Positions 49,489-61,927 of a stretch of 64,000 bases of DNA are shown piece by piece; positions within the stretch are counted from its first letter, which is position 1, and each line of letters begins with the position of its first letter. A model generated the notes under the pieces. It worked only from the letters and a program-made list of their open reading frames with translations. It made no database searches and was not told the DNA's origin. The stretch comes from Balanoglossus misakiensis (lineage: Eukaryota; Animalia; Hemichordata), in NCBI GenBank assembly GCA_040954595.2, contig CM082598.2, forward strand, positions 8,819,097-8,883,096, written 5' to 3'. The position numbers and the translations under genes are program-made.

Positions 49489-50979
49489 CAGTCTCTCAGA
49501 CAGGAATTACAGTTGCGTGTATGTCAACAGTGGTATTAGAAGGTGTAACCAGCTACAACATGAGTTTTCTGAGGCATACATGTACTAATCTGTAATCATG
49601 TCAGAATTTCTTCTGTTTTTCTTGTTCAAATCAATGTTTATTTTATCTTTTGGAGGAAATGTCATCAGTTACACATCAAAAAACTTTTGTCAGAACAACG
49701 CAGGATAGACAGGTTTTACATTAGGAAAGTGCTTACATCTATCCTGGCAAATTTGTGAAATTGAGTGGAAATTACAGTAGATAGTGTGAATGGTCTTTCA
49801 AACATTTTCTTGAAATGTACAGAATTAAATAGATTTGTAGAGTGAGCCACATGGACCATGTTGACCAGGCCAGTGAGTCCACATGTTGAGCACAATGCAA
49901 GCTCTGATTCCCAGCTGTTCACAGATAGCTTTCAGGACCCCATACAGTATTTTGTTGGGGTGGACAACCAAGTTGATTGGACAATGTGGACTATCACTTT
50001 TTACATAAACATTTCAGGGAGATTCTAAAGCCATTTATGCACTTTTTACTCATCACTCCAGTGAATTTTTGGCATTTTTAGTTTAGTGGAACAGTTTAAA
50101 AAAAAAAATAAATCAGCAATACTTTAGATTACAAAAAAATTGTGCAATTTCATTTCTTGTGGTTGACCTTAGATAGTGTGATGTGTGTCTGTGTGTGTGA
50201 ATACATACATACACAGAGAGACACACACAAACCAGTACATATGCTTAGTACATACATGTACATATGTATACACACATGCATAACTCACACAATGCATACA
50301 CACGACTGATACAACTGATCCCACAAGCTCTACATGTACATATACCAAGAATAGTAATGGCTACCAGCCCTTATCTACACCCCTGATGTGGTACAGGGTA
50401 GGGTATAGAAAATCTCTGATAAGTAATGCTCGAACTAGTATGATGTGGCCAATCAGGTTGTCATTGTCAAACAATGTGAACTGCACACAATTGAATAAAC
50501 TATAATTTAGGGGCCGTCTCAGATTGTCACATAAGCTCAACAAACAAAATTTATTCGTTTGGATTCAAACCCCCTCCCCCTAAACGAAAGTTCAAATCCG
50601 AAATAAACTACAATGTTGAAGTTTGGCTATAGATATTGAGATGCAATTAATCGACATGACACACAGAAGCATCACAACCTTAAGCTTGTTAGATTCATGT
50701 CTGTATTATAAAGTTTTGTTAAATTTGGTGCAATAATTCACTGCCAATACTGTCATGGTGCTTTTCATATACAACCATATGATATTCAGCAACATTTTGA
50801 TCTTTGAAACCTTCACATGGCTGGTACTTAATTTGTCTTTCACCTGTTGTAGTTGACAGGTAAAACAATAAATGACAACAATAATAGTGACATCAATCAA
50901 TAGCAGTTTATTCATGTAAAGGGCCACCGCCCATCGTACTATACAACTTACAGAAAATATACTTTAACAAAAGGGTGGT

Positions 50980-51280
50980 CACGTGAGGCAAACTTTAATG
51001 AATGCACAGGCAAAGAATAATTTGTGGAGCATAAAGTAAATTAAGATGAATTCAAATATTCTCTTCTCTTTAGAAAAGCTTTATAAATGTAAACGTAGAA
51101 AATTAATAAGCCTGCTATTCAACACATAGGTAAATAGTTTTGCAAGACAACTACTTATAGAAATTCCTCTATAATTTGATGGATCACTTGTATCACCTGA
51201 TTTGAATGCAGGGACCAAATATGCCTTTTTCCAAGCATTTGGAAATGTTCCTGATCTAAGGATGACATTGAATAATGAAC
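50980..51280 (-). pseudogene. Non-LTR retrotransposon reverse-transcriptase fragment (CR1/L2-like group)
   Basis: LFNVILRSGTFPNAWKKAYLVPAFKSGDTSDPSNYRGISISSCLAKLFTYVLNSRL. Confidence 0.75.
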
Positions 51281-51778
51281 AATAATAATAGTAGTAGTAA
51301 GCATCACGTTATTCAGAATTTATACAATAATAATAATGCATTTTTGATACACATGAAACATTTTCACAGAATAATACAGTAGATAATCATCATTTCATGT
51401 AGACAAAATATTACTAGTGGTGTGGATAACATAATCCAAGCTAGAGCCAATGTCTCTTAGGTTTTGAAATTTTGGAGAAATTAGGCGTATATTTGGATTT
51501 GTTGTCACATTTTAAACTCAAGTTGTGATAATTTTCACATCTGTGGCATCACCTACATGGGCTCATTTTTCTTTCTTTTTCAAAGGAGGTTAGAAAGTGT
51601 TCAATATTCTGTGATTTTACAAATCTTCCTGACAGCAACCATTCCCTAGATCTTTGAATCCTTCAGTATCACCATAAGAGCATCAACAGGTGTCCTTTAC
51701 AGCCAGCTGTCCTATAAAGAGATAAAATTCTATTCAATCTTTGGCTTTAAAAAATCTGCTTAAAAGAGAGGGAGAGAG

Positions 51779-52303
51779 GAGAGGGAGAGAGAAGAGTGAG
51801 ACTGTCACTGAGAGTGAGAGATGGTCATTATGTTTGCATATGATATGAACGTTCAATAAAGTACCTGGCATATCTGTAGGAATCAAACATTTGAAACAGG
51901 TAGAAATACCAGATCTAGGCCATCCGATCAGCAGAAATGTCCCACAGCACATCTCAAGTGCCCGTACCCTTGGTCCACATGTAAGGCGCTAGGCGAATAC
52001 GAATACGAATACGAAAATGAAAATCTCAAAGTTTGTTTTGGGGTTCTTTCCTCCAATTCGGGGAAAACACCTTTTCCTTCCAAAACGTCAAAAGAAGGCT
52101 TTTATTTCAAAATTGCAGAATCCCCGACATGTACAGTTATTTTAACATACAATGAAAGTAAGCAAATTTGTATACACCCTGTAAATTTCTGTTTCCTGGT
52201 GGAATCGGGGGCTAAAAATACCTCGCTTCTGTCAGTGACTCCAATACGAAAACGAATACGAGAATGAACACGAATACGAAAACGAGAATAACTTCAGCAC
52301 CGT
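51779..52303 (-). repeat. Right TIR of the giant element
   Basis: Inverted copy of 35498-36032; the same peptide string appears in ORFs 35718..36035(+) and 51734..51952(-). Confidence 0.95.
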
Positions 52304-53016
52304 GTAGATCCTCGTAGTAAAATATTTAGCCGTTCGATCAGTCGTGACATGGACAGGAAAAGTCTCGTAGTACCAGGCAGGAAGTTGTCAAATGTCGTGG
52401 GATTGGGCAATGGGCTCCTCCCAAGTTTGACCCGTCTCCCAGAGTCTTAGTTACATACTGACAGCTGCAACATTGGCTTCTTTGCGCTGTCAGTTATATA
52501 CGACATGTGACTTGAAAGCTGGCACGAGCGTTTCTCTGTGATGCATGTCTTCGTTCAGTCAAAATAACACCAGAGATTGCAATGTAAACAGACAGGCGTA
52601 CATTTAATTCTACCCAGAAAACAGGAAACAGTGCTGGATAGAATGCTATACTGAAGTTATAGAAACACCAGATGTTCTTTTCACGATCCGTATGTTCAAC
52701 GCGATAATTCCAGTTTTGACGATTTCCCCAGTGCCCGCATTTATCGAATGCTTTTCCAGATTGATCCTGGAAATAATGTTCACAGCACTCTCACTTCCTG
52801 TGTTCGTCACTGAGTTATTTAGATGTAAGGTCACTCAGCGGTCATGAAAGTGGCCTTTTGATCATGGCACACAAAATGTGTACAGTAATCATAGTTGTAT
52901 TTTCTTTTTAGATAATTAAAGGGACATAAGCTGTATGTTTGTCGTTATTGCAGTATTTTTGTTCTGTGTATCAGTATCACATGCAATTTTTTTCTGTACT
53001 CTAAACAGCATGCTTA

Positions 53017-53830
53017 GGCTGCATTCACAAACACCTCTGGAGGGGGGGGGGGCGGGAGAATTCAAATTTTTTTACCGTTAATTTTCACATGCCCCCCTAA
53101 ACAACCCAAAACATTTTCAAATCCCCCCCTTCCGAACTGCTAAAATTTTCAAATCCCCCCCCCCCACCCATTTTCTTTCACAGAGCAAAACACATCACCT
53201 ATCTATCTTGTAAAACAAGAAAAACAGCGCTCCCATGAAAAGAATTTGAAACTGATGTACCCCCTCACTGAACATTGTTTTTATTTTTAAGTAGTTGTAT
53301 TCTGTGTTGGGAGACATTGTAAACCGAGAATTGAAAGAAAATTTTATAAAATACAGAGCTCAAAGCTGCATTTTAATGAACCCGGCAAAAGCAAATTAAC
53401 TCAACTACCGGTATGTTGGGGAGGACAAATTTAACCGTCGCCGCTCAAAGTTATCATGGGGTGGGGGCAAATCCCCTGACCTGGGACACTAGATAAACCA
53501 GGCAATGATTGAAAGGTGCTGATGAATGGAGGGGGTGGGTGTGGGAGGGGGTGTCTTAGATACCCAGTACTCCACTTGTCAACATATCATGTATGTGTGT
53601 AATGGCCATTGTTATTGTTGACAAATTAATTGTAGAAAACAATTGTTGCACAATAACAATGCTGACTATACACAAACATTTATATATTGGGTTGATAAGC
53701 AAAATGCTGGACATTTTATGATGTTTCAGGAATTTGAACAAGAAACTGCAGTAGATACTCATAACAAAAATACGGAAAGCATAGTGAAAAGTTCCAAAAA
53801 CAAATGGAGCTTTAATTTCTAAAAATTGCA
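53017..53830 (+). mobile_element. One-ended Harbinger-like MITE fragment
   Basis: TTA|GGCTGCATTCACAAACACCTCTGG...; a closely similar copy starts TAA|GGCTGCATTTACAAACACCTCTGG at 59441. The other terminus was not found. Confidence 0.55.
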
Positions 53831-54276
53831 TCTAATGACATGCTGAGTTATTTATACAGAAATTGTGACCAGTGTATGGCTATTATCTAGATCACTGATA
53901 ACATTTCTGAACAATACAAATTTCTTTTTTTTTTCTTCCTGAAGGTTTGCTTGGGAGTCCTGTGTTTATGTGCTTCCGTGTGTGATAGAACCAGCTGTCT
54001 ATCCTAACAGCTGTGTACAATGTTAACAGTTGAAACAGCTGTTGTCAAGACAACAACAGGCACACATCGGCTGTACATGTTTTCCTTTTCCCTATTGGTC
54101 TACACTCATGCTGTAATGTGACTGGCAGTTGCACTAATTGAGAGATATCTGCGTTATCATTGCTATAATATGTTTGGCAGAAATGGCTATCTGGAGTTTT
54201 ACAGAATCACCAAAAATGTTGGATGGGTTCCATTCGTCATGATGTCCATAGGTGTGAGTTAAAACTGAGTGAACTA

Positions 54277-54483
54277 CTGTAAAACACTTTATTTTCGTGA
54301 GTTGAAATTTTTGCGATATTGAGAGAGGCCACTGTTTGGCGAGTATTAAATTTGTGTTCTCTTATTTCATTCACTGTATCGTTAACTGCAACAAAAATTT
54401 ACGCGACTTTTTATTTTCACGCTCTTTTGGCTCATGAGTCTTTGGCGAAAATTTATCGCTCGCGAAAATAAAGTGTTTTACAG
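54277..54483. mobile_element. 207-bp MITE with TA TSD
   Basis: TA|CTGTAAAACACTTTATTTTCG ... CGAAAATAAAGTGTTTTACAG|TA, a perfect 21-bp TIR. Confidence 0.88.
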
Positions 54484-54619
54484 TATTTTTCAACTTTTCT
54501 GTTCTCAATTTCAAGTTTCTTTGTCCACTCCCTTGGGAATGATGAGGTTAACTCAGCATTGTTGTCATGAAGTGGATTTGAATTCATTTGTCGGCAATGA
54601 CAATGGTTGTTACGCATCA

Positions 54620-54900
54620 AGGTCCTGTGTTTAGAGGAGTGGACTTCTTATTGTAGGATTGTGAGTTCAGGCACTGGCATTGATGTCTTGTTAGCAATTA
54701 GGCACTTTACTTCTCATTGCTTTTCCCCACCCAGGAGCCTAGTAGCTAGGACTGAGATTGTAATGTGCGTGTTTCGCTCTGCTGCGCTTATGGCTGCACA
54801 TGTGAGCTGTAGTTTGCTCCAGGGGTAATAATTGCAAAGCGCATTGAGCACAATTGTTGATACATGCACTATTTAAGACCTCCCTATTATTTTTATTTTT
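54620..54900 (+). mobile_element. Degenerate tRNA-derived SINE (Deu/Nin-like core, LINE-derived tail)
   Basis: B-box-like GAGTTCAGGC, core GGCACTTTACTTCTCATTGC...CCACCCAGGAG, tail AAAGCGCATTGAGCAC...CACTATTTAAG...TATTATT. Confidence 0.55.
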
Positions 54901-57900
54901 TATGACAGGCAATGCTCTGATGTTAAAATGATTGTGATGTTGGTGCGGGATTTGGAACTAGACAAGAAAGTGGGCAACGTCTTTGAACCAATCAACTACC
55001 TGCAATTATTGATCACTGTAGAAGTGGTGATTGTATTACCCTGCATCATTGTATACATTGGTAAGAATATTACTGCAAGATTTGACTTTGATTATTTTTT
55101 TTGAAAGATGTAAATACCTTATCATTACTCTAGTTTATTTATTGTTTCTTCTAAATGTCACAAGTTGCTTTAAGGCAGACGATCGTCTTATGTGCATGTG
55201 CGTCATTTTGTGTGTACAAACATTACGTCCAATCCAACTTATTCTGCAGATTTTGCATTTGACACACTCAATTATAGTGGACTGCCTTCGCTTCCTTCCA
55301 TCTTTCATGTTCACCGTATAAGTAGACTTTAGTTTTCTCCCTTCTTTTTACCCAATATGCTGTCTTTTCTTGATCTCCGACACAAACTACATGTATGGTC
55401 TTTTGTCTTTGTTAGGACAGCATATTGCCTTAGATTATGGCATTGACTGTATGCATTTTTTATAACCAGAGTCTCTGGTTTGGCACATGTTCATAAGATT
55501 GTTATGGGTTCTTTATGTGTTGGGCTCAAGAAACAGAGAGAACGACAGGTGATGTATACTAGCTAACAACAAGACAACAGTCCACTAGTCCACACTAGAG
55601 GGCGATATACAAAATACAACTTCCATCTACAAAGATCGTTGCCCTTTAAATAAATACTGTATTGCCTTCTAGCAGTATTCTCAAAGACATGTATAACAAA
55701 CACTTAAGCAAATGTTTATAAAAGTAAGCTACAGTTTTGAGTGTGTCATATAAGTGGCAATATATGAGACCTGAATTGCTGAAATGGGCAAATAGGCACA
55801 GATCAGCCAACAATGCAGGTACAAGTAAAGACTGGAGGTTTATGTTGAGTTGTAGCATTTGTTTGTCCCCATCGATAAAGTCAAGGGGAGGGGGGGGGGT
55901 GTAATTGGTTTGGTTCGTCTGTCTCTGTGTCCATCTCCGGCCATTACTCAGATATCATATGACTGGACTGATTTCATTCAGACTTGGTACAAGTACAGCG
56001 TACTACCAGTATACCTGGTAATGTACAATGTACATATGCACATCAATTTATCTCTTGATGATCCAACTTGCTATTCAATTATGAATTGTTGGATCCAGAG
56101 CAAATATTCAGACATATCTGAGGAGTGTACATCTGCTCATCTATGATCAATTCAGTTTTGATTAAATATGCTTATCGTGCAACCACTTTGTTACTTAGAC
56201 AATCCTTAACTTTTGTTCGTGCTGCAAAGGGAAATTTGTTTTACAATGTGATCCAAAATGGTTGCCAGTCAACCAGTCATTAGCCTAATATGCTTGATGT
56301 GATTCATTTGAATCTGACACAAGTACATTTGCCACAAGGCCTGTAGTTCACATCCAGGGTCGTTACCCACGAAGATAGTCCATACAAAGTAGTGCATTGC
56401 TCAATACCTGTACTTTGAGACCTGAATTGATGTTCAATAGGATTGACCATGGATACGTAGCATTTTTGGAGAGAACGTCATGGGATGCACTGAAAATTCC
56501 CAATTGTGTGAGAGAATGTGGTGTAATTTAGTTGTACACATCAGAGTAGTGCAAGGTGCACAGACTGTAAATGTTGGCTAGCATTTTATCAAAATCACCA
56601 CTGATGGCGCTATTTCGACCTCTCCTGAGAAAAAATCAATGGACTTTGCCTACACAAACATTTTGCCAATACAGAGACCTTGGTCTGACTGCAGATAATG
56701 GGTTCAGGCTTTTCTGAACATTATAAAATAGGGATATTTAGCTCAACACTATCATTATCTTCTACGGGAAATGAATTACAGGTCCTGGGCCATTTGGGAA
56801 CCTCGCCTATTTTACAGAAATCGTGATTTGGTGTTTGGTGAATATGGCTTCTATTACTGAGTTTTAGTTGACTATTTGAGACCTCTGACATATTATAATT
56901 ATAACAATCAGGCTTTGCCACTTCTCCAGGGCTGTAAAATGGCAGAAGGAGAATGTTCTGAGACAATATATGCGTGTCTAAAATTTGTGAGTTATTGTTT
57001 TGAGATAATAGCAGAGGGCTAATTTCCTGTTTAAAGCCTCTAGAGATGCCAAATTTCACATATTTTTTTCCATATGCTTTAAAATCTTCACCATTTGTAT
57101 TTGCATCAGGTTGTCATCTCTTGGCAACGCATACCACGATAGCTGCATGCTTTTTGTATGAAGGCTGATTAATTGGGTGCAGAACCCATTTAATATAATA
57201 TAGCATAGCATGTTCAAATTGCAACATAAAGCCGCAATCGATCAGTAAGCTTATTTTAATGTACCAATCTAAGTTGGAAAATAAAGTCATATATGAAAAT
57301 AATGTGTAAAGTGGCAGCTCTAGAGGCTTGAACCTTTTCATCACCCCCAGAATTCTCTCTTGAAATGTCTAACTTTACCATAGAAAACAATGGGTTTGGA
57401 CTGTACCATGGTTGTGAAAGGTTGTTCATACATGTAGAAACATTCTTTGCAGACAAGAAGTCTGAACTGATTTCGTTCCACCATGATTTCCTGTAATGTT
57501 TTCTTATTCTATTGAATTCAGTGCGAACGACTAGTATGTCATTGACATGACCCCATTATTCTTATCTTTGAGAATCTGCAACAGCAGGCAATATTTGAAG
57601 CAATTTTTTCTGTCATTTAAAAACTAGCTGTTAGGACAGCACACTGCCTTCATTGACTGTGTACAATTTTTGTAACCAGAGTCTCTGGTTTGGCACATGT
57701 GATCTACACATCTGTTGTTGCATGACTTAATTTTATACAAAGTTAGAAGTGGTGTCACGTGGACTGTAAAATGTGGCGATATTTGTTGGCTGCCAATCAT
57801 GGGTTTAGGGCGTCCAACTTTGGGAAATGGTAGCCCAAGCTATCTTTCACAACTTCTAGCCTAGACTGTCGACAGTCCCTCGCGCCTAATGTGTATTGAT

Positions 57901-58149
57901 TCGGCGTTTCGTGCGAGGGCCGAAGGCCCGATTCGGCGTATCGTGGTGCGAGGGCCGTAAGGCCCGAGGGACTGTTATACCTTGTAAGCCTTGCCTTGAT
58001 ATTAATTATGCATGTAGAAAATGACGTAGTAAAATTTGCATATGGTGGCGTAAATTAAGGTCACTGTGTCACACATGCGTTTGTTTGTTATTGATTCAAT
58101 ATTTAGTTTTCAATTCGCCTGTACGTACGTGTACGTCCGTTCTTCTCTT

Positions 58150-61100
58150 TAGGGGACCAAGCGCCCTCAGGCGCTTGGTCCCCCCTGTTATTGCTGGAGT
58201 TTTTCTTCCATCTTCTTGAGTCGTTTTTTTGCGCCCGTTTTTCTCTGAAATTCCGGCAGCTGCGCCTACCAAATTTGGCATGAGGGTTGGGGCCCATGAG
58301 TACTGGTGCACCTGCCCTTTGAATTTGTAATTAGTCACGTGACTTTGTGGCTATAATCGAGCGAAATTTTCAAATTGACCTAATTTGCACGTTAATGGGG
58401 GCATGTACATTCTTTTCGCGATTTTTGTAGACCATGTGGCCAAAATCCCCTGTGCCAAATTTCAAGGTCCTAGGCCACGTCGATTTTGAGAAGAAGATTT
58501 TTGTAATATTTTTTCGCATTTTTTGGTGGGCTGAGGACGGACACTGGGGCATCGGACTTTGACCATCATTACGTAATGTTGTGGAGGTCTCATTAGCAGG
58601 CTACTCACTTCTGGCGGGTTGCAGTAGTCCTTGGAAAATCGGCTGAAATACGTAAACAGACCAGTGATTATTTTCCACGGAATGAATTTTGGGACTTTGA
58701 CCCTCAGTCGCTAATGTGGCCTAAATACGTCAGCAGACCAGTGATTTTCTTGCACGAAGGGAGTATGGTACCAGCAATAATCAGAGATCAGGCTTCGTTG
58801 CCGTTCAAAAGTTCCTACTTCAGTCGTGACGTTGCAACTGGACGTTCAGTAGGGCAGTAGGGGGGTTGGCCCGCAGGTGGCCGTGGGGGTTATCAGGTCG
58901 CCCGTAATGGCACGCAGCTTCATGCAGCTGTATGGGACCAAAATAATACGCCCGATTCGGGGGTCACCTATGACTCCTGCGTAACTCAATAATTATGTGC
59001 ATGTGTAATTGTGGGGTCAATGAAAGGGATGCTAGCGTGGTATTTGTTGCACATGGATCAATATGAAGTCCGATTTTCCTGTAAAGTTATGGGCGACCTA
59101 ATGTGACATTTCACCTAATTTTGCTTAGTGAGCATCCACAGCAGATGCATGCAGCTTTGGCGTGGGGGGGGGGGGGCATATACGGATGGGACCATAATGA
59201 TATACCAAAGGCGGGGTCACCTGTTGCACCTGCCTAAGGGACTGTCCAGAATTTACTTCCAGGGTGGGGCTGGAGGATTTCTTATTTTCCTGGTGATTTT
59301 TTTCCATGGCCCCCCCTTGTAAATTGTGGAGGAAATCTGTGGCCCCCCCCGTAAATTTCCTGTTTTTTTTCCATGACCCCCCCCCCCCAATATATACATG
59401 CATGCTTACCGGTAAGACTACGACACATACAGTCTGATAAGGCTGCATTTACAAACACCTCTGGAAGGGGGGTGGGGAGAATTAAATTTTTTTTACCGTT
59501 AATTTTCACATGCCCCCCGTACACAACCCGAAATATTTTCAAATCCCCCCCCCTTCCGAACAGCTTAAAATTTTGAAATCCCACCCCCATTTTCTTTCAC
59601 ACAGCAAAACACATCACCTATCTATCTTGTAAAAAAAGAAAAACAGCGCTCCCATGAAAAGAATTTGAAACTGATGTTTTTCCTCATCAGTGGATATTAA
59701 AACTGAACATTGTTTATATTTGTTAAGTATTTGTATTCTGTGTTGGCAGATATTGTAAACCGAGAAGTGAAGGGGGTGGGTTTTGGAGGGGGTGTCCCCC
59801 TCCCCTGTAAGAAAATTTTATAAAATACAGAGCTCAAAGCTGCATTTTAATGAACCCAAAAGCAAATTAACTTTTTATATACATATATGAATGATTGATG
59901 AGAAAATTAACGAATTCTAGTCTGGACTTGAATTGAGCTCGTCAACAGTAACAACACTGACTGTTCACTGTACATTTATGGTCTGTGCTGGCAGGCCAAA
60001 TACTGGGCATTTTATTATGCTTCACAGAGTAGAACAAGAAACTGTAGTAGATATACAAAATAACCCACCGTAAAAATTACCGGAAATTCAAGCTTATGAA
60101 GATTTAATGCACTGTCATCCAGGTAGCCATGGTGGTTTGTTTCTTATAAATCAGTACTTCTGGGCAAATATTGAGTTTGTGAGAGTTTTTTACATGGCCC
60201 CCCCTAAAGGATTGTGATTTTTATGTCTGACCCCCCCCCCCCTAATTTTTCTTGGGGAAAATGGGTGGCCCCCCCCCCCTGAAAATCCTCCAGCCCCCCC
60301 TGGAAGTAAATTCTGGACAGTCCCTAAGTCATTGATTTTGTACATTTAATTGGACACTAACCAACAGGGCAATAGGTGTGGTTTTTGTTCCACAGGGACG
60401 AATGTAAGTGTCAGTTTGTTTTTGCCTAAATGTTTAAGTTGATTTGGATGACCTCTGTCGTACAGTGCCATATCTCAGCCCGTTGTACAGGTGCAGCTTT
60501 GGTATTTGGAGGGATGAAACTATCATGAAATGCCAAATACAGACGGATACCTGCGACACCTGCTTGATTCATGTATTGCGTGCATACGTAATGGTAGGCA
60601 AAGTGAAAGGGCTGCAAATGTAGGATTTGTTGCACATGACATAAACAGGAATGAAAATTTTTGTCAAATTTTTGGGTGACCTCAGGTGTCCATTGACCTG
60701 CTTTCCATATGTTAGCACGCACATCATATATAGCCAGGTGTTTGGAGGGGTAGGGTAGGACCCTCTGCGTCATGAAATGCTAAATTCCTGGGGCCACCTG
60801 TAACTTACCTGCATAACTCATTATTATGGCCATATCTAATTTGACAAACCCAAATAGCGAGGATTTTCCGTTGTCTTGAATATGAACCAAATAAGAATCC
60901 TAATTTTTGGCCCAATTTTTGGGTACCCTCAGCTGACCTTTGAAGCATACTTACTGAAGTACTTACAACGTAGAAGTTCACCTTTGGTTGTTGTGTTTGT
61001 ACTTGTAAGACATCCATTTCGGGTGGTTGCCTACTTCCCCATATCTCCACATCCAGAGCAAATACAGTCTACGCATTTGAATGGTACAACCCTGAATGGA

Positions 61101-61155
61101 GTCTAATGGTTATTAACTCTATGCTTGGGCCCCTCCAATGCTGCTTGCAGCTTTA
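58150..61155 (-). mobile_element. About 3-kb Helentron/DINE-like element nested in the AcademH element
   Basis: One end matches the start of the 13367 element (AAAGCTGCAAGCAGCATTGGAGGGGCCCAAGCAT). The other end is the hairpin GGGGACCAAGCGCC-CTCA-GGCGCTTGGTCCCC (58152-58183). T-rich insertion site, no TSD. Confidence 0.55.
59238..60324. mobile_element. PIF/Harbinger-like MITE (TAA TSD), 1087 bp
   Basis: TAA|GGGACTGTCCAGAATTTACTTCCAGGG ... CCCTGGAAGTAAATTCTGGACAGTCCC|TAA. Confidence 0.88.
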
Positions 61156-61315
61156 ATTTGATTATTGATTTTCAAAGGTTCAAGTCTAGCTACTTCTGAG
61201 CGAAAACTGAACATCGTCTCAAATCTGTGTCTACCGTCTTCTTGCAAAGCATGTATGACAAAAATCCACTGAATATTTCTCAGAGTAAAACTCCAACGAA
61301 AGTGTTGAGTAGGAT

Positions 61316-61456
61316 ATGCATTTCTCCACGATCCAAAAAGATGTAATCTGTGTGCTATGTGGGAAAGAATTAGAGGGAAAAAAGGATTCCGTTTGCCGGA
61401 GAAAGCTATTTAAAGGCTCATCAAAGACTGGTGTATGCCAAAACATCGAGCTAGTA
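61316..61456 (+). pseudogene. Probable N-terminus of the AcademH transposase (Cys-containing), truncated by deletion
   Basis: MHFSTIQKDVICVLCGKELEGKKDSVCRRKLFKG...CQNIELV. It converges on the helicase fragment and meets it at TAGTATTAGTAT. The assignment is inferred from position and the CxxC motif. Confidence 0.4.
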
Positions 61457-61927
61457 TTAGTATTTCTTTATGCAGTGACTCTCGTCAATAAATATCGCTT
61501 TAGTTCGGGACATGTAAACATCTGACAGGAGCATTCGTCTATATTTTCCAAGAAAGGCTTCTGGGCTTCCGAACACAAGATTAAAGCTCCCCTTCACAAG
61601 ATTTGCTTGAACTTGATGATCGGACGAGCTAACATGGGCAGCCTTTACTCCAATCTTTGTGAGTCGTGCTACCTGTTCTTGCATCAGGGCGATCAGCGGC
61701 GAAACAACCAAAACTACCGATGACGGTTCCTCGGTAAATTCGCCGATCCTGTCCAAGAGAAAAGGTGCGATTTCATACGCCAAAGACTTCCCACTGCCCG
61801 TTGGCGACGCAACAAAAACATCTTTGCCGTCCAAAAAACCATTAATTACTTGACACTGGACGGGTCTGAGTGACTGGTGGCCAAGTTTTGTCAAGGCGAG
61901 AGAAATAACTTGTTCAGATACCATCAT
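61457..61927 (-). pseudogene. RecQ-family SF2 helicase N-terminal half (AcademH helicase), truncated
   Basis: LRPVQ (motif 0/Q), KDVFVASPTGSGKS (Walker A), VVSPLIALMQEQV (motif Ia), FGSPE (Ib), IDESHCI (DExH). The ORF stops right after motif II. Confidence 0.88.

Larger units (their letters stand above)
35498..52303 (-). mobile_element. Giant (16.8 kb) Mutator-like DNA transposon, NOF/Rehavkus-type, with long TIRs
   Basis: About 530-bp near-identical TIRs. GTAGATCC is duplicated at 35490-35497 and 52304-52311 (8-bp TSD; alternatively 6-bp TAGATC with CACGGTG termini). Contains a MULE DDE transposase gene. Confidence 0.92.

Noticed and set aside
35498-52303. Polinton/Maverick identity suggested by size, long TIRs and a possible 6-bp TSD
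   Set aside because: No protein-primed PolB, retroviral-type integrase, capsid or packaging ATPase ORFs, and the termini are not AG...CT.
61457-61927. Host RecQ/BLM/WRN gene
   Set aside because: It is truncated after motif II with no splice donor and is enclosed by TIRs with a 9-bp TSD, so an AcademH helicase is the better explanation.
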